Positions 29,750 through 51,500 of a stretch of 64,000 bases of DNA are shown here, piece after piece (the first letter of the stretch is position 1; the number at the start of each line of letters is the position of its first letter). The stretch is from Chrysomallon squamiferum. Its lineage: Eukaryota > Animalia > Mollusca. Position numbers and translations under genes: made by a program. A model generated the notes under the pieces. That model did no database searches. It was not told the DNA's origin and saw only the letters and a program-made list of their open reading frames with translations. Location of the stretch: NCBI GenBank assembly GCA_012295275.1, contig CM022678.1, positions 18,476,001 to 18,540,000 on the forward strand. The letters are read 5' to 3'.

Positions 29750-30047
29750 ATACATAAATAAACAAATAAACAAACAAACAAACAAACAAATAAGTAAATA
29801 ACTTAATAAATGAAATAAAATAAATAAATAAATGAAATAAGTAAACAAATAAATAAATAGATCAATAAATAAATAAATAAAACTAAATAAGTATAAAAAT
29901 AAATAAACAAATACATAAAATGAATCAAAGAAACAAATAAACAAATAAACAAATATAGAACTAACTAACTAAATAAATAAATAAGGAAATGAAAAAGAGG
30001 TTTTGTGATTGAATAAATAAATAAATTAATTAATTAATAAAAAAAAA

Positions 30048-30092
<45 letters not shown>

Positions 30093-30277
30093 ATTAAATT
30101 AAATAAAATTAAAAATAAATAAATAAATAAATAATGTAATAAATTAGTACGAAAACATCCGAATACTAACGAAACCTCACGGACAATAATTTTATGCATA
30201 ATAAATATAGCAAACATGTGTTTTTCTTTGATTGTTGTTGTTTTTAAAACTTCAACTGGGACTAAGACAAACTATTC

Positions 30278-38133
<7,856 letters not shown>

Positions 38134-38286
38134 TTTGTCGTCGACTGAATCAATAAACAACGTCAGTCTTAATAACAAAAACTATCACTTTTCAAACTAT
38201 CAACGTCAAAACAGCAGCCTCACTTTCGAACGAGCTTAATTGATACTATTCACTTAGAAATGTCGCGTTTTCAGAAGTTCGAAATA

Positions 38287-38322
38287 AACTGATTTCTCTC
38301 CCAGCATCAAAATACTTATATA
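38287..38322 (-). promoter_or_regulatory. TATA plus Inr core promoter of metalloprotease 1
   Basis: TATATAAG at 38322-38315 and TCAGTT at 38292-38287 (about 30-nt spacing), ~155 nt upstream of an ATG in CAAAATG context. Confidence 0.6.
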
Positions 38323-38606
38323 CGTTTCACAAAGCCATTGTTAAATCTGATTTCTTGGACACTGACGTATGAATCCGACTTCGCAAAGCCCCTAGGAAAG
38401 AAAACTACAAAAGAATAATAAACACGATATTATCATATGTGACCGAGAACGCCATTGGTTGAAAGGACGAAGTATACGTCATTGCGTGAATTTTTCTGCG
38501 CTTGCGTTGTTCAAAATTGTACGAAAATTAAAAGGATAACATTTTTTTTTTTTTTTTTTTGCGTTCTGTGATTGGTTGAACGATTTTGAATACACGTTCG
38601 TAAGGG

Positions 38607-38657
<51 letters not shown>

Positions 38658-38731
38658 TAATAAAATATTCGTAATATTGATTTTCGTGATATTATTATTG
38701 CTTCCTGTTTTTCTTGAAACGCAGTTCAAGC

Positions 38732-38795
<64 letters not shown>

Positions 38796-40127
38796 GTGAA
38801 ATAAAAGAGAAAGGTCGCAGAGATAAGTTATTCATTTTAAAACCTATTCAGAAACAACGACAATTTTAGCTGTGTTAACATTACGGAAAATAATTCATTT
38901 TTCCCTGTTTTAACATAATCACGTGTCACATTATTTAAAGAGATTTATAATGTGTCAACGTTTTTAACTGCCTTCTTTTATATATACACGCACACACACA
39001 TATTTTTATTTATGTTTTATTTTCTCCTTTGATTTGATTTTTTTGTTTTTGTTTTCCGAATGATGCACCTGCCTAAATTTATTGTTGTTATGTACAGTTG
39101 TGTGATTTTTATTCATTCATTCATTCATTCATTCATTCATTCATTCATTCATTCTTTCTTTCTTTCTTTCTTTTTTCCTTTCTTCCTTTCATCTTAATCA
39201 CCAATATAATCATTAGGAACATCATCATTTTTATAATTTTTTCGCTTTTTTTTTGTTCTCGTTCTTTCTCTCCTTCTTCTTCTTTTTTCTTCTTCTTCTT
39301 CTTCTTCTTCTTCTTCTTCTTCTTCTTCTTCTATATTATTTATTTATTTATTTATTCATTATTATATTTAAAAAATCTAACTAGCGATTTTTGTATGCGT
39401 GTGTATCTTTGTCTTTTTTTTTTTTTTTTTTTTTTACAATTATTAATTCACTTTCCTTTAATACTTAATTCACGTTATTTTAAAAACCTGTGTTGTTTCT
39501 AATTTGTTTTGCTATGTTTATAAATCTTGAGGAGAGGTGGTGAACTAAGGTGTTGTTCTGCACGTACATTTTTTATTGTTAACTTTGTTATTTACATGGA
39601 CTCCGCCCTTACCGTAACAAATAGTCTACAGCGGAGCGTCTGGTCTAAAAGCCCAGGGCGACGAAGCAATTTATTACGAAACATACGTTTGTTGTTGTTG
39701 ATGATGTTCGTTTCTTGTTGTTGTTGACAGTGATATGAATATCGTTGTGAACGTCACAAACGACAGCGTCTCTCTCCATCAGTAACAACAACAGCGATGA
39801 TCTTGGAGTTGAATGAATCCGTTTTTTCTTTTTCAACAACAGCACAGTAAATTTTATCATCATCATTATCATCATCAATGATATTATCATGATGATTATC
39901 ATCATCTTTATCATTCTTGTTGTCATCATTCGTTGTTGTTTTCGTTATTGTTGGTGTTTTTCTTTGTTTCTTTCTTCTTATTATTATTATCATCATCATC
40001 ATTATCATTATCATCATTATTATCATTATCATTATTATTACTGTCATTATTATTATTATTACTGTCATTATTATTGTCATTATTATTATCATTATCACTA
40101 TCATGATCACTACCATTTTCATCATCA

Positions 40128-40180
<53 letters not shown>

Positions 40181-40182
40181 TT

Positions 40183-40225
<43 letters not shown>

Positions 40226-40701
40226 TTTTTCTGATTATTTTATTCTCTCTGAGTTCAGAAATTAGAACGAACGTTACTGGGGCATTAAGCAATAAAAAGA
40301 GAAAGACGTTCAAGTCGCCATAACATATTTTTTTTTTTTTTTTTTTTGTCTAGTATCAAAGTCATCGAAGATTAAACTGGATAAATCCTGAATAAGAACA
40401 TGTATGTAAGTGTATTAAGTACAAAACATACACAAGAATGACCAGTGGCTAATCCACGATTTTCGAAAGATAAAGAACCGATCGTTGAGTCTAAAATAAC
40501 ACATTTTCGTTATAAAATTAAATAGTAAAACAGCATAAAAATTGAAAAATGTATATATATATATATATATATATAAAAGCGTAAAAAAGAAAAAGGAAAG
40601 AAAAGAAAACAGACAGTAATGTTGATGCTGGTGATGATAATAACAAAAGCAACGACAACAACAATAAGATTCACATACAATTGCTACTACTGCTACCACT
40701 G

Positions 40702-40740
<39 letters not shown>

Positions 40741-40784
40741 TTAATAATAATCATGACGATGATAATGAACAAGAACAACGACTG

Positions 40785-40860
<76 letters not shown>

Positions 40861-41321
40861 AAGAAGAAGAAGAAGAAGAAAAAGAGAAAGAAGAATTAAC
40901 ACGGGGCGAGACCAGGCTTGGGTTTACGTTGTAATAATGACGACTCATCAAATATGACTGAATGATTTCACTTTTAATCCACTCGTCATTTCTGCCTGTC
41001 ACGTCATACGTCATAAGTGGCAGAATAAAACATACCACAGAGTCACGTATTGTCGATAGTCTGTAGTCTGCGATATCGTTGACAAGAACAACACATGTAA
41101 AAAAATAAAAAAATAAAAAATAAAATACAGACAATAAAAAAATACAGTGTTATGTTATAATACTGTACAAAGATTGATGTCTTCAGTTCAAATAGTGCAT
41201 CGTTTATTTTTGTTTTTAGCCTTCAGAATTGTTTTTCATTTTTTCATATGTCTCTTTTGCTAACCCATCCTCTGCCTTTTTGTCTGTTTGTTCATTATTA
41301 TTATTATTATTATTATTTATT

Positions 41322-41353
<32 letters not shown>

Positions 41354-41628
41354 TTTTATTTTATTTTATTTTATTTTATTTTATTTTCTCGTTTATCAGA
41401 ATCAATTTTTGTCGCTTGACCTCCTTCAGTCTTCTCTGTGTTTTTTTATTTACTTTTTATCTGTCTCAGTCTCGGCTATCTACCTAACTCTTTTCTTTCT
41501 CTCTCTTTCTACGATTCTCTCCAAAACCCAAATGCAACAGCAACACAGTCGCATAATGGTTATAGTATAATAGCTGTAAAAGTTGGCGTACTGATAATAA
41601 TATCCGTAATGATAATGATAATGAAAAC

Positions 41629-41745
<117 letters not shown>

Positions 41746-42081
41746 AAACAAACAAACAATAAAAACAACAATAACAACGGCGACAACGACGACAACAACG
41801 ACAGTAAATTAACGAAAACTCCGAGTCATCAAGTTTTAAAATATTTCTCTCTGTTTAGACTTAATCTCCGTAATACACGGAAACCTTATTAAAAGAAAAA
41901 TAAATAATAGCGATTAGAAAGTGTGACAGACAGTGGTCACGGTAAATATACATTAAAAAATCTTCTAAATATATGTGTGTGTGTGTGTTATGAGGAGATT
42001 TTTAAAAGTTTTAAGAAAATAAATACTTGGTTCCTGAATGATAGGTTTTAGGCAGTTGTTCCAAAGGTCAAACGTTGAAAG

Positions 42082-42138
<57 letters not shown>

Positions 42139-42158
42139 TATAATAGTAATAATAATAG

Positions 42159-42190
<32 letters not shown>

Positions 42191-42263
42191 ATAATAATAA
42201 TAATAGTAATACTACTAATAGTAATAATAATAACAACAGTACTGATCATTTTCTATTTTTCGT

Positions 42264-42296
<33 letters not shown>

Positions 42297-43180
42297 TTCT
42301 TATTATTATTTTATTTATTTATTTATTTATTTATTCATTCATTCATTTCTTTTTTCATTTTTTTTTTTTATTTTATTTTATTTTATTTTATTTTTATTAA
42401 TTTAAACAATATATAGCAGAAAACAAAGAAAAAGAAAAAATAACGAATTTCTCTGATCTTCCTAAAACCTAAGGGCATTGTTCTTAACAAATACTGATAA
42501 CTTATCCACGTTTAAACCAAAGTTCACTGGCATTATTCGAACCGAGGACTTAGACTTCAGGGACATAATGACCTTTACCTACGAAGGTCATTAAAAAAAA
42601 ATAAAAATGTATGATTGACAGAAACCGATCGATACTACATTGGTACTAAATTATCGAAAACAAAGACGGAAGTTTACGCTTTTCAAATGAACACAAGTCA
42701 AAATGTTAATTAAAAAAGCTCCATCACTGTCAGTTGTGATAGAAAGTATTTTATATATTCCAGTATTCATTTCTTATCACTTTTGTAAGTAAAGATAAGT
42801 AATGAAACACCAAAAAAAAAAAAAAAAAAAGATCAATAAAACTAAACCCTGTACTGGTGCAAGCTATTTCCTATGAAATTTGTTCATTTATTTACCTATT
42901 TTCTTATATAAAATAATGATTATGTTGATAATAAAACGGCAACAATGACAATAACAATAACATTAACAATTCTACTTCTAATAGTTACTTTACTACTGCT
43001 ACCGCTACTACTAAGAATACTACTACTAGTAGTAGTAATAGAAGTAGTCATAAATAAATAACAAAACAAATAAAAAGACTGTATACTAGCCAGTTTTTAA
43101 GTAAATTAAAAACAAAATGTATTTTCGTTCTTTCAATCTGTTTATTTGCTAATTACATTTTGTAATTGATATCATTTTTT

Positions 43181-43257
<77 letters not shown>

Positions 43258-44082
43258 AATAAATAAATAAACAAATAAATAAAAAATATAAGAATGAAAG
43301 AAAGAAAGAAAGGAAGAAAGAAAGAAAGAAAGACAAAGGTAACGCCTACACTGAAGACTTTCATTAAGGAGTGGTTTTACCCGGTGTTTGTCCTGAGACG
43401 GTGGCCAGTCACTGACCGCTACTAATGGACCTCACTCGATTTCACACAGATAAGAACCTGACTTACAAACAAAATGACAATAGGTTTTTTTTTTTGAACT
43501 ACGCAGAGGAAATCAGAAATCTGGGGTGTGGGCCATTGCCTTCAAAGATAATTCCACTTTAAGTTTGACGTTTTCAAGCTGGGATGGGTAACATCAAATT
43601 GCTTGTTGTTGTTTTTCCATTGTTAAAATTCCACAATCATAAAAAACGTATGGGAAATTTTTCTGTCATATTTTTAATAAACTTCATTTATGAATAATGA
43701 CCCAGTATGTCTGTATGACCGTTGAAATTTCCATACTGACGGTTCGAACCAGGATTCTTCTTTTGCTGATCATCATGTTTCATCATCATCATCATCATCA
43801 TTATTATTATTATTATTTGTAAAAATCCAATATTTGTAAAGGCACAAAAGTAAATAATAATACTAATAATACTAATATTACTACTACTACTACTACTAAT
43901 AATAATCATAATGGAAAATCACAAAAAATACTACACTCAACAAACAAACAAAATCAAGAAAATGATAGAAACAAAAATATATTTTATTATATAAAAAATA
44001 TAAATATATCATAAACATGTGTAATCACACACAAAATAATATACGCATTTTTATATGTAAGCAATTATACAACGCAATAAAA

Positions 44083-44129
<47 letters not shown>

Positions 44130-44705
44130 TTATTATTATTATTTTCATAAAATCAGTTGAAGAAAACTTCACAAACCACTCATCCGTGAAGACTGGAGGG
44201 AGAAAACGGTTAACTTACTTCACGCATCATTAACCAGGCTAAACTTCTTTTTCAAAAATTTAAATACAGCTGAACGAATGACCACCCAACTCCTGACGCA
44301 CAGGAAACGACGTCATCAAACAATTTCAAGCGAGGCTGCTATAATGAAATTTGTACATTGGTCAGTAGATCAGATTTTGCGATTCTGGATTTGATGACGT
44401 CGTCATATGGTTAAAATGATATTAACCGATAAAACAAACATATGTTTTGAAATGTGACATGAGGTGGACGACGTCATTTTATGTCCTACGAATACATTGA
44501 CGTGTATGTTTTGAGTATTTAAATAGAAGATGAAGAAGAGTGACAGCTGTAGTAGCAGCAGCAGCAGTGGTAGTTGTAACAGTAACAGTAGTAGTAGTAG
44601 CAGTGTTGATAATAGGAGGAGTAGTTGTAGTAGTTGCAGTAGTAGTAGAGAAGTAACTATAGTAATAACAGTGAAAATAGCAATGATAGTACTATTGTAT
44701 GAATA

Positions 44706-44745
<40 letters not shown>

Positions 44746-45369
44746 AACTAATGGTAGCAGTAGTAGTAGACACGTACAGGCTGTAATAGCAGTAACAATA
44801 ACAGTGGTAGTAGTGGTAGTAGTAGAAGTAGTAGTAGTAGTAGTAGAAGTAGTAGTAGTAGTAGTAGAGAAATATCAGTTGTAGTAACAGTGATAACATC
44901 AATGATAGTTTTCACTGTAGGCGTAGTGGCAGTTGTAGTATAGCAGTAGTGGTAATGGTAGTTACAAGATATAGTAATAGTTGTATTTTAGTAGATTTGC
45001 AGATGCAGTTGTTCTAGTAGTATCGTTGGTGTAGAGATAATAGAATTAATGGTAGGTGTAACACTAGCAGTTGTAATATTGCAATAGTAATAGTAGTAAT
45101 AATAGTAATCATACTAACAGTAGTCGAATATGTAACTGGAATATAAACACCTACAGTTACTTTAGATCAAACAGAGACACTAACAACAATTCTTTAAAAA
45201 ACAGAGTTGTACAGTCAGCTGCATTTGTTTTTGTTTTTGTAGATCATTATAAATCTATCAACAGATCTCATCAGTTTTTACATGAACTGAAACTTTCAAC
45301 TTGGCTAACTTAGACTTACGGTTCAGATACATGCTCAGTCTTCCCAAGTCATATATGTTTGAACATTAT

Positions 45370-45445
45370 CTCTCAGTCTGACCACTTACAGGGCGGGATT
45401 TGACCCCGCGTCCTACCATTCGTATTGCTCATAACTAAACCATAT
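45370..45445 (-). mobile_element. Possible decayed tRNA-derived SINE head
   Basis: The minus strand reads TGGTTTAGTTATGAG...GCGGGGTCAAATCCCGCCC, resembling A and B boxes; no full cloverleaf. Similar faint remnants near 21770-21830, 35720-35770 and 37325-37380. Confidence 0.3.
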
Positions 45446-45945
45446 TGTGAATGATATATCGACGTTGATGTTAAACTAATAAATCTGTTGCAAATGGTGT
45501 CTATTTTCAAACGGGTTTAAATCTTGAAGTTATGAAACGGGTTTTTTTTTTTTTCGCTTTTTTTTCTGGGTTTTATTGCAGTCCTAATGGACATGTTTGT
45601 TTTTGTTTTGAGTTGTGATCGCAGGTGAACTTTGCTGAAACTTGGACTCTTTTAATCTTAGCCGAGGGCCAAAAAAAAAAAAAAATCTTTCTCTGGAAAC
45701 ACAAACACGTATAACTTGTCAATAGTGATTTATCTTTTTACAGTACAGCACAATGACCATAGACCAGTGACCACAGAATACTGACCAGAAACCAGTGAAT
45801 ATAAAACGATGACCACAGACCAGTTATAGTAGAACACTGACCAAGTATTATGATTAAAAAATAGAAACTATTAAACTGAGATTTTTGTTCTTTCTTTCTC
45901 TTGTATTTCTCTCTCTATCTTCTTTATTCTCTTTATCGTTCTTCT

Positions 45946-46046
<101 letters not shown>

Positions 46047-47210
46047 CCTCCCTCCCTCTCTCTGATCCTACCTCCCATCCTTACTCTCTGCGTCAGAAAG
46101 ACATATACAAAGACATTAAGAGACAAGGAACATCTTTTGTTTAATTTTTCCTGGAATTTCATTTTCTTGAACTAATTTCTGTTACATTTTGTCTTATATT
46201 AGCCTAAACTAATCTGATATCTTCATTTTATTTCAACACAGTATTTCATGTAATGATAATTGTACGTCATTGATGTTGAAATATTTTGAATCAATATTTT
46301 CTTACATCCAGGAAGTTCCATCGACATTTTTTCATTGGTTACTTAATCCATCTGTCGCAGCCAGTCGCTATCTTTGTTATTAAAACTAATTAACATTTTG
46401 TTGTGTATTGTTTACCAAGATAGGCGGTGCAATCTTTAGGCAAAGTTCGACACCCTCCGGCAAAGTCCGGGTATTTTGATCGTAAAACATCGTTTTTTTA
46501 CTGTTATTTAACAGTTTATTAAATTCAGCCCATGTTTTGTGGATCAAGCGATTAAGAACATAAATCATAAGACATTTAAGTACAAGACAATAAAAATAAG
46601 TTATAACGATATTAAACTGGAAACAGTTTAAATTAATTTATGTTATAAAATGCAAAGGTGTTCTAGATTGTCTGTACATTTAGTTATTTTTTTTATTTTG
46701 GGTTAATTTAAAAAAAAATCTGATGGGTCATAATTACAGAGCTAATTTAATAAAATACGATAAATTAAATACCATTATTATTAAATTTATATACGACAAG
46801 GAAAGAAAGAAAGAAAAAACAAAGAGAAATATATACAGAGAAAGAGAGAGAGAAAGAAAAACAGAGAGAGAGAGACAGAGAAAGAGAGACAGAGAGAAGA
46901 ATTAAAGAAAATAGTTACGATTGGGTAAAAGAGAGTTAACTAACTGTGAAAAGAAAAGAGAAAGAGAGAAGAAAAGAAGAAGAAAGAAAGACAGAGGAAT
47001 GACACAGTGACGGAGAGAGACAGATAATGAGAGACAGAAGGAAAGAAAGAGAAATCAGATGGTAAAATAACGAAGATTACTGTGAGTGAGTAAGAGGAAT
47101 GCTACTCATGAAAAANAAAAAAATTTTAATGTAACAATCAACAATAATAGACAAAATCAGGGGAGGTAAACACTTCTGTATTGGAGAAATTGAAAAAAAC
47201 AAAATAAAAA

Positions 47211-47241
<31 letters not shown>

Positions 47242-47731
47242 TAAATCGATAAAAATAAAATAAAATAAATAAATAAATAAAAAATAAATACATAAATGAA
47301 TAAAATTTTAAAAATAAATTAAAATAAAAAGAAAACGAAAAAATAAAATAATAAAAAAAAATGAAAAAAAAAAATAAATAAATAAATAAAAAGGAAGAAA
47401 GAAAAAAAAGAAGAACAACATTTTAACAGTTCAGTAAAATTAATGGATTTTGTTTACATTTCTTCGTAAATTTACTTACTTATTTATCTAATTATTTATT
47501 TACTTTATTTCCTATATAATTTCCATTTAATGACATTTTCATAATTAAATTGTTTAAAGGGGATAACTGTTACAGATTATAGATGCATAACGACTGCCTT
47601 TCTTATTTTTGATCTTCAAACGTGTACATCAAACACCATGCAACCAATCATAGCAAAAACAAATTTTAAAAATTCATAATTCAGCGTAATATGAAATCGA
47701 AAACTGTTGCAGTTTTCCATATAAAAACATG

Positions 47732-47885
<154 letters not shown>

Positions 47886-48319
47886 TATACGTTCGGTGTA
47901 AGAGGGTTAGAGTGAAAGAGAGAGGCTAAGAAGAAGACAAAAAATTCACTTGTTCTTATACATTTTTAATAAATCTATCTCTCTTAATGTACTGGCTTTC
48001 CACTGCATAGAAAAAAAAAAAAAAAAACATTACATCATCACCCTGTCATTTTCGTTATTCCTAAACCGTGCAAATTATGACAGCTAAGACAGTTTCAGTG
48101 AACCACGAAATTACTCTGGGCGTTTTGTCAACACTCAAAACATTTAAAAAAAGTCTCATTTCACTTCTGTTCCGTCACGATTCGTCAAAATGATTTGACG
48201 TTATTTCGTTTTTACGTAACTTGTTTACGGAATCTAAAAATACACCGACAAACCTCTTTTTTCGTGCAAGGACTGCCATGGTAAAAAAATGTAAAATAAC
48301 GTAAGTGTCAACCACAATA

Positions 48320-48417
48320 TGACGTCAGAGATTAATATTTTAATGACCTTGTCATTTTTTAATTTTTTTTTTATGTAGTTATTTACTTACCTTTTACTTT
48401 AATTTTTTCTTTTTATT

Positions 48418-48454
<37 letters not shown>

Positions 48455-48536
48455 ATCACCAATCAAAATATTTGCGTAGGAGTTGTACATTATAAAGAGT
48501 TAAAAAGTATATAAGAGTGTTATTTTCATTACAGTT
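48320..48536 (+). promoter_or_regulatory. Proximal promoter of the heptad-repeat gene (CRE palindrome plus TATA-like boxes)
   Basis: TGACGTCA at 48320-48327; TATAAAGA at 48491; TATATAAG at 48508; ATG at 48561. Confidence 0.5.
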
Positions 48537-48560
48537 CTTGAAAGAACAATTGCTGTCGAC

Positions 48561-51500
48561 ATGAAAAGAGTTTTAATTTTGACGTGTTTTGTCATATTTG
48601 TTATACATAGGTGTGAGGCTATAGAGGGTGAGTAATCATGTTTTGCACTTTGTTGCTATTTATTTTATTTTATTTTATTTTATTTTATTAATTAATTAAT
48701 TAATCAATTTATTATTATTATTATTATTCATTCATTCATTCATTCATTCGTTCGTTCGTTCGTTCGTTGATTGATTCATTGATTGATTTTCATTTATTTC
48801 GATATCAGATTTTGGTGATGTTCAGAAAGTGTGGGGTGATGACAGTGGTGACAACAATGACGAAGTACCCGTGAATATTCTCAGTTCTGCAGTTCAAGGA
48901 AATGACGAAAATAATGAGACGGAATCGACGGATGGAAGGTCAGAAAGAGAGGGAGAGAGAACGGTAGCAACGACAACAACAATACAACTAACAACATCAA
49001 CAGCGTCATCGTCAGAACCAACAAAATCTATTACAATAAAATCAACACCGCCCAAAAACGAATATGACAACGACAACACAGTCTACGACAACAACAGAGC
49101 CTACGACAACTACAACAAAAGCACAGCCAACGAATACAATTACGACAGCGACAAGAACAGCATCAACTACAACAGCAACACATCCGTCCACAACAACTGT
49201 TACGATAAAAGAACCAGTAACACAACCAACGACGACAACACAATCAATAACGTCATCAACAACAGAACCGTCCACAACAAGTCACCAAACAACAACTACG
49301 ACGAGAGAAACAACGACATCGACTCTGTCAGCGACAACAACAACAAGAGAACCAGCAACAACAACAGTTCTGGCTACAGCGACAACCCCAAGAGTACCAA
49401 CGATGCAACCAACTACGACAAAAGCAGAGCCAACTACAACGAAAACACAACCCACTACACAGTCTCAGCCAACGTCGTCGAAGCCTGAGCAGGCTGCTGT
49501 AAAACCGACTGAAACGTCAACAACAAAACCTTTGCAGGTTTCAACCAAGGAAACGACAAAGCAGAAAACAGACCAGCCACAACCCACGGGAGATCGACAG
49601 ACGAAACCTGACATCACCCAGTCTAGCAACACGACAAGAGAAAACGTCAACAACAGCAGAAGTTCAGACGATGTTAGCATGGCAAACCAAACACCTGACA
49701 GCATAAGTCAAACATCTGGTGAAATAAGTCAAATATCTGGTTATGTAAATGAAACATCTGGTGATGTAACTCATACATCTAGCGATGTAACTCGAACATC
49801 TGGTGACGTAACTCAAAAATCTGATGAAATAAATCAAACATCTGGTGATGTGAATCAAACGTCTGGTGAAATGAATCAAACATCTGGTGATGTAAGTCAA
49901 ACATCTGGTGACGTGCATCAAACATCTGGTGATGTAACTCAAACATCTGGCCAAACGAATCAAACATCTGGTGATATGATTCAAACACCTGGCGATGTAA
50001 CTCATACATCTGGTGATGTAACTCAGACATCTGGCCAAACGAACCAAACATCTGGTGATGTTAGTCAAAAACCTGGCGATGTAACTCATACATCTGGCCA
50101 AACGAATCAAACGTCTAGCGATGGAACTCATACAACTGGTGATGTAACTGAAACATCTGGTGATGTAATTCATACATCTAGTGATGTAAATCATACATCT
50201 GGCCAAACGAATCAAACATCTGGTGATGTAAGTCAAACATCTACTGATGTAAGTCAAACATCTACTGATGTAACTCAAACATCTACTGATGTAACTCATA
50301 CTTCTGGCGAAACGAAACAAACATCTGGTAATGTGAGTCAAACACCTGGCAATGTAACTCATACATCTGGCCAAACGAATCAAACATCTGGTGATGTTAG
50401 TCATACATCTGGCGATGGAACTCATACTTCTGGTGATGCAACTAAAACATCTACTAATGTAACTCATACATCTGGTGATGTAACTCAAACATCTGGCGAC
50501 GTAGCTCATACATCTGTCCAAACTAATCAAACATCTGCTGATATGATTCAAACACCTGGCGATGTAACTCATACATCTACTGATGTAACTCATACATCTG
50601 GTGATGTAACTCATACAACTGGTGATGTAACTCAAACATCTGGTGATGTAACTCATACAACTGGTGATGTAACTCAAACATCTGGTGATGTAACTCATAC
50701 ATCTGGTGATGTAACTCATACATCTGGTGATGTAAATCATACATTCAGCCAAACGAATCAAACATCTGGTGATGTGAGTCAAACACCTGGCGATGTAACT
50801 CAGACATCTACTGATGTAACTCATACATCTGGCCAAACGAATCCAACACCTGGCGATGTAACTCATACATCTGGTGATGTATCTCAAACATCTGGTGATG
50901 TAGTTCATACATCTGGCGAAACGAATCAAACGTCTGGTGATGTGAGTCAAAAATTTGGCGATGGAATTCATACTTCTGGTGATGTAACTGAAACATCTAC
51001 TGATGTAACTCATACATCTGGCCAAACGAATCCAACACCTGGCGATGTAACTCATACATCTGGTGATGTATCTCAAACATCTGGTGATGTAGTTCATACA
51101 TCTGGCGAAACGAATCAAACGTCTGGTGATGTGAGTCAAAAATTTGGCGATGGAATTCATACTTCTGGTGATGTAACTGAAACATCTACTGATGTAACTC
51201 ATACATCTGGTGATGTAACTCAAACATCTGGTGATGTAGCTCATACACCTGTCCAAACGAATCAAACATCTGGTGATGTGAGTCATACTTCTGGTAATAT
51301 AACTAAAACGTCTGGTGATGTAAGTCAAACATCTGGTGATGTAACTCATACAACTGGTGATGTAACTCAAACATCTGGTGATGTAGCTCATACACCTGTC
51401 CAAACGAATCATACATCTGGTGATGTAAGTCAAACATCTGGTCAAACGAATCAAACATCTGGTGATGTGAGTCAAACACTTGGCGATGGAACTCATACTT

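Noticed and set aside
47116-47116. Single N base
   Set aside because: Assembly ambiguity within an A-run; relevant only as a quality indicator.
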